This document shows, piece by piece, positions 39,784 through 48,011 of a stretch of 52,238 nt of DNA. Position 1 is the first letter of the stretch. The number at the start of each line of letters is the position of its first letter. Both the position numbers and the translations under genes were made by a program. Source of the DNA: Dehalococcoidia bacterium (GTDB lineage Bacteria > Chloroflexota > Dehalococcoidia > GIF9 > AB-539-J10); NCBI GenBank assembly GCA_003552125.1, contig PUON01000009.1:1-52238 (forward strand), in the 5' to 3' direction. The notes under the pieces were generated by a model, which saw only the letters and a program-made list of their open reading frames with translations, did not search any database and was not told the origin of the DNA.

Positions 39784-39808
39784 TCCCTTTTTCTCCTTCT
39801 CCTGTCAA

Positions 39809-42298
39809 TCAGGAACACTTGGTGTACCCGCAGGTGATACAGATGCTGCATCCCTCCTGGTGGATAAGTCCTCCGCTGCATTCAGGGCACTGGCTCACGG
39901 GACCAACGTGTTGCATCTCGTGAGTTGAGTCCTCTTCATCGGCAACGTATTTTTCAAGCACTCCTGCTATGGCATCGGCGCACGACATAACAGACTTGCC
40001 CTGCTCCCATGCTATGGAGGGGCATCGAATACCCCGCAGGTTCCTGGCGATGGATCCGAGGTCAAGGCCGCACCTCAGGGCGTTGGAGATTAATCGACTT
40101 GTTGCCTCAAGCTGCGCAGCTGCACAGCCGCCGGCCTTGCCCAGTGTGGCGAATGCTTCACACACTCCCTTATCGTCGAAGTTGATGGTCACATACATGT
40201 TGCCGCAGCCGGTGGGCACCCGCTCGGTGACGCCACGCGTCACTTTCGGTCGAGTGCGGGGTACCAGTGATGGCTTCTCCTCAGGTTTCGTCTTTCCTCC
40301 GGTGCTGAGGACCTGGTCGGTGCGGCTGCCGTCACGGTAGATGGTTATACCCTTCAGCTTCTGTTCAAAGGCCTGCAGATAGACATTTGCCACGTCCTCT
40401 CTCGTCGCACTGCTCGGGAAGTTCACTGTCTTTGAGACCGCGCTGTCCGTGTGTCTTTGGAACGCGGCCTGCATTCTTACGTGCCACTCCGGCGAGATGT
40501 CATATGCGCAGACGAACGTCTGCTTGACGTCATCCGGGATGTCCTCAATTTCGCTGAGAGGCGAACCCTGTGCCAGCGAACGCATCAATTGCTCCGAATA
40601 GAATCCGCGTGCGCGTGCTTCTTCCTCGAAATAGGGGTTGACCTCGAGGAAGTCCTCTCTGTCGAGAATCCTCCTCACATACGTGAGGGCAAATATGGGC
40701 TCGATGCCGCTCGAGCAGTTCGCGAGGATGCTCAGACTGCCTGTCGGCGCAATCGTGGTGCGTGAGGCGTTCCGGTAGGCAGTTCTGCCGTTTGTGTCAT
40801 AGATACTTCCCTCAAATGAAGGAAACGCGCCACGCTTTAGAGCCAGCTCCAGTGATGCTCTGTCGGCTTCGTCTGATATGAACTCCATGACGGCTTCAGC
40901 GGTGCTGATGGCCTCTTCGCTGTTGTAGGGTATGCGCATTTGCAGGAGCATGTCGGCGAAACCCATGACGCCCAGTCCGATCTTCCTGGTTGCCAGCGTC
41001 CTGTCGCGTATCTCCGGAAGGGGGAACTCGTTGACCTCGATTACATCATCCAGAAACCGTACCGCCAGCTGGACGATGTGTCCCAGCCGTTCGTAGTCGA
41101 TGGCGGCTGGTGTGGCGGAACTGTCCACCATGCGGGCAAGGTTGATGGATCCGAGGTTGCATGACTCATAGGGGAGCAGCGGCTGTTCACCGCATGGATT
41201 GGTACTCTCGATCCGTCCCAGTTGCGGAGTGGGGTTGTGCCGGTTGATCTCGTCGAGGAACACAATGCCCGGATCTCCGGTCATCCATGCCATGTCGACT
41301 ATCTGGTCGAACACATCCTTGGCACGTGCGTGATCGACGACCTCGCCGGTTCTTGGGTTCAGCAGACTGTAGTCCGTATCGCCCCGCACCGCCTGCATGA
41401 ATTCATCTGTAACGCCGACCGACAGGTTGAAGTTCGTCAAGACGCCCGGCTCATTCTTGGCGGAGATGAATCTCCTTATGTCGGGATGAGTGACGCTGAG
41501 GATGGCCATGTTGGCACCCCTCCTCATGCCTCCCTGCTTGATGACGTCGGTCGTTTTGTCAAATACCTGCATGAAGGAGAGGGGTCCGCTCGCCACCCCC
41601 CCGGTGCTTCCCACGCGATCCTGCTGTGGACGCAAGCGCGAGAACGAGAAGCCGGTCCCTCCTCCACTCTTATGGATGAGAGCCGTGTGCTTCACCGCGT
41701 CGAATATGGACTCCATAGAGTCCTCGACCGGGATTACAAAGCATGCGGACAGCTGTCCCAGTTCCCTGCCGGCATTCATCAGAGTAGGGGAATTGGGGAG
41801 AAACTCGAGTCGGGCCATCGATTGGTAGAACTGTTCGGCCCATGATTCGGCGTCTGCCGAGGAGTCGAAGATAACCTCTGCGTGAGCCACGGCACGGGCG
41901 ACACGCCGGAGCAGATCTTCCGGAGTCTCCGCGGGCGTTCCGTCGTTACTCTTGGCGAGGTACCTGCGCTCAAGGACAGTCATCGCGTTTCGTGTGAAGG
42001 TAAGGCCCGGAACTGCCGCCGCCGTTGCCTCTGCCGGTACAACGCGCAGTGGTTTTGCCGGCTTGGACTCAACTGGTGTGGCGGGCGAATGCCGCAGCCT
42101 TTGTTCCCGTGCAGGGACCAGTTCCTCCATGCCTGGCAGTGGACGGGCGACACCCAGTCTCTCGCTCACCTTCTCGGTAAGTTGCTCCAGCAGTTTGCGG
42201 TCGGTCATACCGATTGTCTCTGCAGCTGAGAAGACTGCCTGTGCCACGCTGTCGGTTGTGACGTGGGTCCTCTCTTTGCGTGTATTGCGACGTGCCAT
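39809..42298 (-). CDS. nrdJ: Vitamin B12-dependent (class II) ribonucleotide reductase with C-terminal TSCPD/Zn-ribbon region
   Basis: PNSPTLMNAG, QLSACF, GGGTG, TNPCGEQPL, CNLGSIN, TIAPTG, VSKTVN, TIYRDGSR and C-terminal CPEC...CITCGYTKC. Confidence 0.96.
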   Translation of the reverse strand: MARRNTRKERTHVTTDSVAQAVFSAAETIGMTDRKLLEQLTEKVSERLGVARPLPGMEELVPAREQRLRHSPATPVESKPAKPLRVVPAEATAAAVPGLTFTRNAMTVLERRYLAKSNDGTPAETPEDLLRRVARAVAHAEVIFDSSADAESWAEQFYQSMARLEFLPNSPTLMNAGRELGQLSACFVIPVEDSMESIFDAVKHTALIHKSGGGTGFSFSRLRPQQDRVGSTGGVASGPLSFMQVFDKTTDVIKQGGMRRGANMAILSVTHPDIRRFISAKNEPGVLTNFNLSVGVTDEFMQAVRGDTDYSLLNPRTGEVVDHARAKDVFDQIVDMAWMTGDPGIVFLDEINRHNPTPQLGRIESTNPCGEQPLLPYESCNLGSINLARMVDSSATPAAIDYERLGHIVQLAVRFLDDVIEVNEFPLPEIRDRTLATRKIGLGVMGFADMLLQMRIPYNSEEAISTAEAVMEFISDEADRASLELALKRGAFPSFEGSIYDTNGRTAYRNASRTTIAPTGSLSILANCSSGIEPIFALTYVRRILDREDFLEVNPYFEEEARARGFYSEQLMRSLAQGSPLSEIEDIPDDVKQTFVCAYDISPEWHVRMQAAFQRHTDSAVSKTVNFPSSATREDVANVYLQAFEQKLKGITIYRDGSRTDQVLSTGGKTKPEEKPSLVPRTRPKVTRGVTERVPTGCGNMYVTINFDDKGVCEAFATLGKAGGCAAAQLEATSRLISNALRCGLDLGSIARNLRGIRCPSIAWEQGKSVMSCADAIAGVLEKYVADEEDSTHEMQHVGPVSQCPECSGGLIHQEGCSICITCGYTKCS

Positions 42299-42313
42299 AT
42301 GGATCTACCTCGA

Positions 42314-42808
42314 TTACTGCGGGATGTCCTTCAACTCGCTGCGCCGCTGCTTTGTGGTAGTCAATCCAGCTGAGAGACTTTCGAGCGCGTCTCGGAGAGC
42401 ACCGATGTCGGTGAAATCTCTGTAGACGCTTGCAAACCTGATGTAGGCGATATGATCAAGTCTCTCAAGTCCTTCCATCACCAGATCGCCCACAATGGTA
42501 CTGGCAATCTCAGCCTTGCCGAGTTCGTGGACCTGTTCCTCGATAGTGGTGATGAGCTTCTCGATCGATCCAATCGGTAGGGGACGTTTCTCGCATGCCT
42601 TGCGGATTCCGGCTGCCAGTTTCTCCCGGTCGTATGCTTCCCGCCTCCCATCCTTCTTCACGATGAACAGGGCGTAATTCTGTACGCGCTCTGACGTGGT
42701 GAAGCGGGCTTCGCACTCTGAGCAGACCCGCCTTCTTCGCACCTCTTCTTCGAGGCCACGAGAATCGATTACACGGGACTCAAGTGCGCCGCAGAATGGA
42801 CATTTCAC
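42314..42808 (-). CDS. nrdR: Transcriptional repressor NrdR
   Basis: MKCPFC...SRVIDSR...RRRRVC..C..RFTT.E, ATP cone and AYIRFASVYR. Confidence 0.98.
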   Translation of the reverse strand: MKCPFCGALESRVIDSRGLEEEVRRRRVCSECEARFTTSERVQNYALFIVKKDGRREAYDREKLAAGIRKACEKRPLPIGSIEKLITTIEEQVHELGKAEIASTIVGDLVMEGLERLDHIAYIRFASVYRDFTDIGALRDALESLSAGLTTTKQRRSELKDIPQ

Positions 42809-42817
42809 ACGACATCA

Positions 42818-42864
42818 TCCCCACTTCTTGTGGTGCAATACCATTCTAGCACCATATATAGTAT
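42818..42864. promoter_or_regulatory. Tandem NrdR boxes overlapping the nrdR promoter
   Basis: tccCcActTcTtGtgg (42818-42833) and gcaCcAtATaTaGtat (42849-42864), 31 bp apart, match acaCwAtATaTwGtgt. A minus-strand TAGAAT -10 hexamer lies between them (42843-42848). Confidence 0.8.
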
Positions 42865-42898
42865 GTCACAACTGCTGTATGCGTGGGTTCAATTGAAG

Positions 42899-42930
42899 AA
42901 CGGGGGGATGGCGTACGCCATCCCCCCGTT
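42899..42930 (-). terminator. Intrinsic terminator after ftsZ
   Basis: Perfect 32-bp inverted repeat AACGGGGGGATGGCGTACGCCATCCCCCCGTT, 10 nt after the ftsZ stop. Confidence 0.8.
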
Positions 42931-42940
42931 ACTTCGAGTT

Positions 42941-44071
42941 CTACTGCCAGGAGAGTCGATTGGCCTGAGGCGCCACCTCGGAGTGGCCGCGGAGAGCGTG
43001 ACTGAGCTGCCCTCCGGAGTGCTTCTGGCTGCGTCGCAGGAACGACGGTACGTCGAGAGAGTCGCCGCCGCCCTTCATCAGCCGCCTGAGCTCCTCGGTA
43101 TCCGGCGAGCCCTTCCCATACTGGCTTGTAAATCCGGTTGCAATAACAGTGATCTTCACCTCGCTGTCGAGCTTAGGATCGAAGACCACGCCAAAGATGA
43201 TATTGGCCCGTGGATCCACCGCTTCGCTGATGACGCTTGCAGCCTCATTGCACTCGAAGAGAGTGAGGCTCGGTCCCCCGGTGATGTTGAAGAGCACACC
43301 CTTGGCGCCGGTTACCTGTGCGTCCAGCAACGGGCTGGCGAGCGCAGCCTTGGCGGCGTCGACAGCGCGATTCTGTCCGGTGCCCCTGCCTACTGACATC
43401 CATGCGGGGCCGGCATCCTTCATGACCGACTTGATGTCCGCGAAGTCAAGGTTGATGAGCCCGGGCACGGTGACGACCTCCGAGATTGCCTGGACGCCAA
43501 GCAGGAGCGCGTCGTCAGCAAGCCGGAAGGCCGCGTCCACCGTCGTTTTGTTATCACAGAGCTGCAGAAGCCTGTCGTTCGGGATGATTATGAGCGTGTC
43601 CACCTTCTCTGTCAGGTGCAGAATTCCCTCTTCGGCAACCTCTGATCGGTGGCCCCCCTCGAACTTGAAGGGCTTGGTGACGACGCCGATGGTGAGCGCG
43701 CCCGATTCCTTGGCGGTCTGTGCTACCACGGGTATTCCGCCGGTGCCGGTGCCTCCGCCCATTCCAGCGGAGACGAAGACCATGTCAGCGCCCTCCACTA
43801 CTTCCTGGATCGTCTGTCTGCTTTCCTCGGCTGCCTTGTGGCCGGTGCGGTGATCTCCTCCGGCACCGAGGCCGCGCGTGAGTTTCTCGCCCAGCTGTAT
43901 CCTGGTCTGGGCTTCCGCCAGCGCGAGGGCCTGTGCATCCGTGTTCATTGCGACGAACTCGACGCCACGGATGCCCTCCCTGATCATGCGATTGATCGCG
44001 TTGGTGCCACCGCCCCCAATGCCGATCGCCTTGATCCTGGCCGGGGCTGGTGTGTAAGTTGTCTTAGCCAT
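42941..44071 (-). CDS. ftsZ: Cell division protein FtsZ (canonical)
   Basis: GGGGTNA, MNTDAQAL, TRGLGAG, GMGGGTGTG, INLDFAD and C-terminal peptide LDVPSFLRR. Confidence 0.99.
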   Translation of the reverse strand: MAKTTYTPAPARIKAIGIGGGGTNAINRMIREGIRGVEFVAMNTDAQALALAEAQTRIQLGEKLTRGLGAGGDHRTGHKAAEESRQTIQEVVEGADMVFVSAGMGGGTGTGGIPVVAQTAKESGALTIGVVTKPFKFEGGHRSEVAEEGILHLTEKVDTLIIIPNDRLLQLCDNKTTVDAAFRLADDALLLGVQAISEVVTVPGLINLDFADIKSVMKDAGPAWMSVGRGTGQNRAVDAAKAALASPLLDAQVTGAKGVLFNITGGPSLTLFECNEAASVISEAVDPRANIIFGVVFDPKLDSEVKITVIATGFTSQYGKGSPDTEELRRLMKGGGDSLDVPSFLRRSQKHSGGQLSHALRGHSEVAPQANRLSWQ

Positions 44072-44110
44072 TCTTGCCTCCTCGTTCTCGCAACTTGTTT
44101 TCTGTGAATC

Positions 44111-45331
44111 CTAACCCCGGAAGAGCTTCCGCAGCAGTTTGCCGATGCCTCCAAACATGCCACCTCGCGTAGCCTGCCACGCGGAAGGTTCGCGGCTTCG
44201 TGCCTGCCAGAGCACGAGTCCCAGAGTGGTCGCATAGGCTGAATCCCGAAGAATATCGGTAATTCCGTACACGCCGCTACCGAGCGGAGCACCCCTCCGT
44301 AGTGGCATCTTGAGTTGATCTCTGCCCAGCTCGACCATTCCATTGAGGTTCGCGGTCCCGCCGGTGAGTACGAGGCCGCACGGGGCCAGTCGCTGATAGT
44401 CGGTTGTGGGAAGCTCAAGGAGAATGAGCTCGAACATCTCCTCGAGTCTTGAGCGGACGATCTCGCACAGCTCGCGGTACGATGCCGTATGCCCGTTCTC
44501 AATCCCGGTGAGCTCATGCTCCTTGCCGGCATCGAGGCCGGGGGTCACGTTGCCGTAGGTCTTCTTCATGCGCTCCGCCACGTGGAACGGGAGACCGAGC
44601 CCGATAGCGATGTCGCTTGTTATCTGGTAGCCGGCCACGGGGATGATCGCGGTGTGATAGATGTCGCCATCCTTGAACACGGCGATGTCAGTCGTGCCGC
44701 CGCCGAGATCTGCCATGATGATTCCGCTCTCGCGCTCCTGCGGAGTCAGTACCGCTTCGCCGCTTGCCAGTGGTTCGAGTACGAGATCGTGTACCTGCAC
44801 GCCGATGCTCCTGATAACCTTCACCAGGTTTTGCACGGAGGATACCGATGCGGTGATGATATGCGTCTCGACGTCAAGACGGGTGCCATGCATGCCGACG
44901 GGCTGCTTGACGCGTTCTTCTCCGTCGAGTGTGTAGTACCTGGGGATGGCGTGCAGCAGCTTCTTTCCCTCCGGCACAGCCACGTTCCTCGATGCAGCCA
45001 GAACTCTGTGCAGGTCGTCAGCGCGTACGAGACGGTCGGCTCTGGGGATAGCCACCACTCCCTTGTTGTTGATACTGCTGATATGCCGGCCGGTGACGCC
45101 GACGAGCACAGAGTCGACCCTCATGCCGCTGATCTTCTGTGCCTCCTGGATCGAGGCGGAGATTGCCTCTTTTGCCTCGTCCATATTGACTACGATCCCC
45201 TTGTGCATGCCATGGCTAGGCACGACGCCCACACCGAGGACTTCGATGTCGTCCTGGCTGCGAACGTTCGCCACGATGGTGGCTATCTTCGTGGTGCCTA
45301 TGTCAATTGCGGATACAATCCCTTTGGCCAT
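44111..45331 (-). CDS. ftsA: Cell division protein FtsA
   Basis: AIDIGTTKI, DLGGGTTD, AERMK..YG and VLTGGTA; C-terminal amphipathic helix. Confidence 0.97.
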   Translation of the reverse strand: MAKGIVSAIDIGTTKIATIVANVRSQDDIEVLGVGVVPSHGMHKGIVVNMDEAKEAISASIQEAQKISGMRVDSVLVGVTGRHISSINNKGVVAIPRADRLVRADDLHRVLAASRNVAVPEGKKLLHAIPRYYTLDGEERVKQPVGMHGTRLDVETHIITASVSSVQNLVKVIRSIGVQVHDLVLEPLASGEAVLTPQERESGIIMADLGGGTTDIAVFKDGDIYHTAIIPVAGYQITSDIAIGLGLPFHVAERMKKTYGNVTPGLDAGKEHELTGIENGHTASYRELCEIVRSRLEEMFELILLELPTTDYQRLAPCGLVLTGGTANLNGMVELGRDQLKMPLRRGAPLGSGVYGITDILRDSAYATTLGLVLWQARSREPSAWQATRGGMFGGIGKLLRKLFRG

Positions 45332-45376
45332 TCTTACCTCCTTAGATTGCGCCAGACGCTGAGGCGCAGGCCATGC

Positions 45377-46258
45377 CTACGCAAGACGCTCAGCGACCCT
45401 GAGCCGCGCACTGCGGCTGCGGGGATTGGAGCTACACTCCAATGCGGTAGGTCGTATGACCTTTCGTGTTGTGAGCAGAAAGGCATGTTCGGCTGCCTGC
45501 GCCCGCATGAACTGCTTCACGATGCGATCTTCCAGGGAGTGATAGCTGATCACCACCAGCCTTCCTCCTGCTTTGAGGAGGCTCACCGCCTGGTCCAGTG
45601 CCAGCTTCAGATTGTCGAGCTCCCTGTTGACCGCGATCCGAAGAGCCATGAATGTGCGGGTGGCGGGATGAATCCTGCCACGCCTGCTGCCCAGGACCTG
45701 CTGCACTATGTGCGCAAGTCGTAATGTGGACAGGATCGGCCTCTGTTGCACGATCCTGTGCGCGATTTGGCGGGAGTAACGTTCTTCTCCGAACTCCCAC
45801 AAGATGCGAGCCAACTCCTGCTCGCTGTAGCTGTTTACGATTTCCGCTGCACTCGGCCCTGTGCTGCTGTCGAATCGCATATCGAGCGGGGCCTCCCTCT
45901 GGAAGCTGAATCCCCGCTCGGCGGTGTCCAACTGCATGGAAGATATTCCAAGATCGAACAGCATCCCGTCCGTCTGTTCGAAACCCTGATCCCGGCAGAT
46001 ACGGCCAAGTTCTCCAAAATTGCCTTGTGCGAGCACCACAGATTCGCAGTATGCGGCGAGCGACTGGCGGGCGTTTTCAATTGCTTCGGGATCCGCATCT
46101 ATTGCGAGCAACCGGCCGTTGGGTTGTATCCTCTCCAGCAAAGCCCGAGCATGTCCACCTGCACCAAGCGTGCAGTCAACGTACCAGCCTCCAGGATGAG
46201 CGTTCAGTGCCTCCATAGCCTCAGTCACCATTACCGGGACGTGTGCTGTCGATGGCAT
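45377..46258 (-). CDS. rsmH: 16S rRNA m4C1402 methyltransferase
   Basis: HVPVM, DCTLGAGGH, DLGISSMQLD..ERGFSF, HPATRTF.ALRI.VN and NPRSRSARLR. Confidence 0.97.
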   Translation of the reverse strand: MPSTAHVPVMVTEAMEALNAHPGGWYVDCTLGAGGHARALLERIQPNGRLLAIDADPEAIENARQSLAAYCESVVLAQGNFGELGRICRDQGFEQTDGMLFDLGISSMQLDTAERGFSFQREAPLDMRFDSSTGPSAAEIVNSYSEQELARILWEFGEERYSRQIAHRIVQQRPILSTLRLAHIVQQVLGSRRGRIHPATRTFMALRIAVNRELDNLKLALDQAVSLLKAGGRLVVISYHSLEDRIVKQFMRAQAAEHAFLLTTRKVIRPTALECSSNPRSRSARLRVAERLA

Positions 46259-46269
46259 TGAGTCTTTGC

Positions 46270-46695
46270 TCAACCGCCTCCCATGCTTTCCAGGATTTGT
46301 TCGGCCTGTTCCTCGGATGATGCCTTTTCCGACTTCCACAGATCCTCGTTCCAGAGCTCGATTGACTGGTTGACGCCCACGACCACGACCGACTCTCCGA
46401 TCTCTGCGTGGAGACGGAGAGGATGCGGAATGGCCATACGCCCCTGCTTGTCGAATGTGGCCGAGTAGGCAGCCCCGAATATTGCTCTATTCAGCTTCCG
46501 CTGGCTTGCAGACGTCACCGCTTTCGATGCCAGCTCGTCCGCGAGCCTCTTCCACTCACCCACAGGATAGGCCCGGACACATTTCTCGGATCCCTTCGTG
46601 AGCACGACGGAGTCGCGCAGATCCCTGCGAAACTTGGGGGGTATCGGAACTCTTCCCTTATCGTCTAACTTGTAGACATACTCGCCAAAAAACAT
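46270..46695 (-). CDS. mraZ: Division/cell wall cluster transcriptional repressor MraZ
   Basis: MFFGEY...LDDKGRV.IP..FR and FDKQGRM.IP (two DxxGR motifs). Confidence 0.97.
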   Translation of the reverse strand: MFFGEYVYKLDDKGRVPIPPKFRRDLRDSVVLTKGSEKCVRAYPVGEWKRLADELASKAVTSASQRKLNRAIFGAAYSATFDKQGRMAIPHPLRLHAEIGESVVVVGVNQSIELWNEDLWKSEKASSEEQAEQILESMGGG

Positions 46696-46702
46696 CCTCT
46701 TC

Positions 46703-46783
46703 CCCCCTTGTGGGGCACTATGCCCCCTTGTTCCCCATTTCTCCCCACACCCCTATTTAAAGCCCTTGAGTCAGGTTTGTCAA
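46703..46783 (-). promoter_or_regulatory. mraZ promoter with 10-bp-phased MraZ-binding repeats
   Basis: Minus strand TTGACA-N17-TTAAAT, then GTGGGGagaa ATGGGGaaca AGGGGGcata GTGCCCcaca AGGGGG. Confidence 0.75.
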
Positions 46784-46896
46784 GTGTCTGAGGCCAAAAA
46801 CGATAGTCATGGGTCGCGATTTCATTGAGGAGTTCCTTTCCGGTCGTTCCTGTGCTACAATCTTCAACTCAGTGGCAACTGTGTCTCGAGGTCGTG

Positions 46897-47637
46897 ATGC
46901 GTATCGATATCCTGTGTCTTTTCCCCGCGATGTTCGTCTCGCCCTTCAGTCACAGTATTGTGCGGAGGGCTGAGGAACGTGGCCTCGTTGAGGTTGTCAC
47001 TCATGACATCCGCGACTTCGCTCACGATCGTCACGCCACGGTGGATGACTACCCCTATGGTGGTGGCGCAGGAATGGTGCTCAAGCCGGAACCGGTTGTG
47101 GAGGGGGTGGAGCATGTGCGGCAGCTTGTGGGCACAGCGGATTCACCGGTCATCCTGCTGACGCCCGCTGGGCGTCTGTTCACACAGCGCATAGCTGCGG
47201 ATTTGTCCGTACTTTCGCACTTCACTCTGGTCTGTGGCCACTATGAAGGCGTTGATGAGCGTGTGGCGGAGCATGTGGCGACTGATGAGCTGAGTATCGG
47301 TGATTATGTGCTGACCGGTGGCGAGCTGGCGGCGATGGTGATGGTCGATGCTGTGGTGCGTCTCGTCCCGGGCGTACTGGGCTCAGATCAATCGACGGTT
47401 GATGAATCGCACTCGGCAGGGTTGCTGGAGTATCCCCAGTACACCAGACCTGAGGAGTATCGAGGCTGGAGGGTTCCGTCCGTCCTGTTAACGGGAAACC
47501 ATGCCGGGATTGCAGCCTGGAGGCGGAATCAGTCTATTCTAAAGACCGCCTGCAGACGTCCCGAGCTGCTGGATGACATAGCATTGAGTGACAAGGAGCG
47601 AGCATGGATATCAGAGAGCTTGTCGAACCGAAAGTAA
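46897..47637 (+). CDS. trmD: tRNA (guanine-N1)-methyltransferase
   Basis: VDDYPYGGGAGM, CGHYEGVDER, SIGDYVLTGGE and LEYPQYTRP. Confidence 0.98.
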   Translation: MRIDILCLFPAMFVSPFSHSIVRRAEERGLVEVVTHDIRDFAHDRHATVDDYPYGGGAGMVLKPEPVVEGVEHVRQLVGTADSPVILLTPAGRLFTQRIAADLSVLSHFTLVCGHYEGVDERVAEHVATDELSIGDYVLTGGELAAMVMVDAVVRLVPGVLGSDQSTVDESHSAGLLEYPQYTRPEEYRGWRVPSVLLTGNHAGIAAWRRNQSILKTACRRPELLDDIALSDKERAWISESLSNRK

Positions 47638-47990
47638 ATGAGAGTATTCCACAGTTTTCGCCAGGCGATACTGTGCGCGTTTCGCTGCGCGTGCGTGAGG
47701 GTGAGCGTGAGAGGCTCCAGCGCTTTCAAGGAATGGTGATTCGTATTCGCCGTGGAGTTGATGGAGGCCGGTTCACCGTGCGGCGCGTCACGTCCGGAGT
47801 AGGTGTTGAGTACACGCTGCCCTTCCAGTCGCCCCTCATCGAAAATGTTGAGGTGCTTCGCAAGGGCAAGGCGAGACGAGCGCGGCTATACTATATGAGA
47901 GGTCTCAGCGCCAAGCGTGCCAGGCTGAAGGAGAAGCGCGGGCCTGCAGCGTCGGCCGGGACCGAATCCACAGAGAAGTCCTCCGAGTAG
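47604..47990 (+). CDS. rplS: 50S ribosomal protein L19
   Basis: F.PGDTVRV, ERLQ.F.G, FTVR...GVGVE and RRARLYY.R. Confidence 0.98.
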   Translation: MDIRELVEPKVNESIPQFSPGDTVRVSLRVREGERERLQRFQGMVIRIRRGVDGGRFTVRRVTSGVGVEYTLPFQSPLIENVEVLRKGKARRARLYYMRGLSAKRARLKEKRGPAASAGTESTEKSSE

Positions 47991-48011
47991 CCAGGTTCTC
48001 GTTCGGGAAAG

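Noticed and set aside
44489-45724. 411-aa plus-strand ORF, and similar long shadow ORFs at 36976-37893, 8110-8898, 23011-23682 and 43149-43853
   Set aside because: They are antisense to well-supported genes (ftsA/rsmH, ade, dnaE, the coiled-coil gene, ftsZ), have no motifs, and are expected from GC-rich codon bias.
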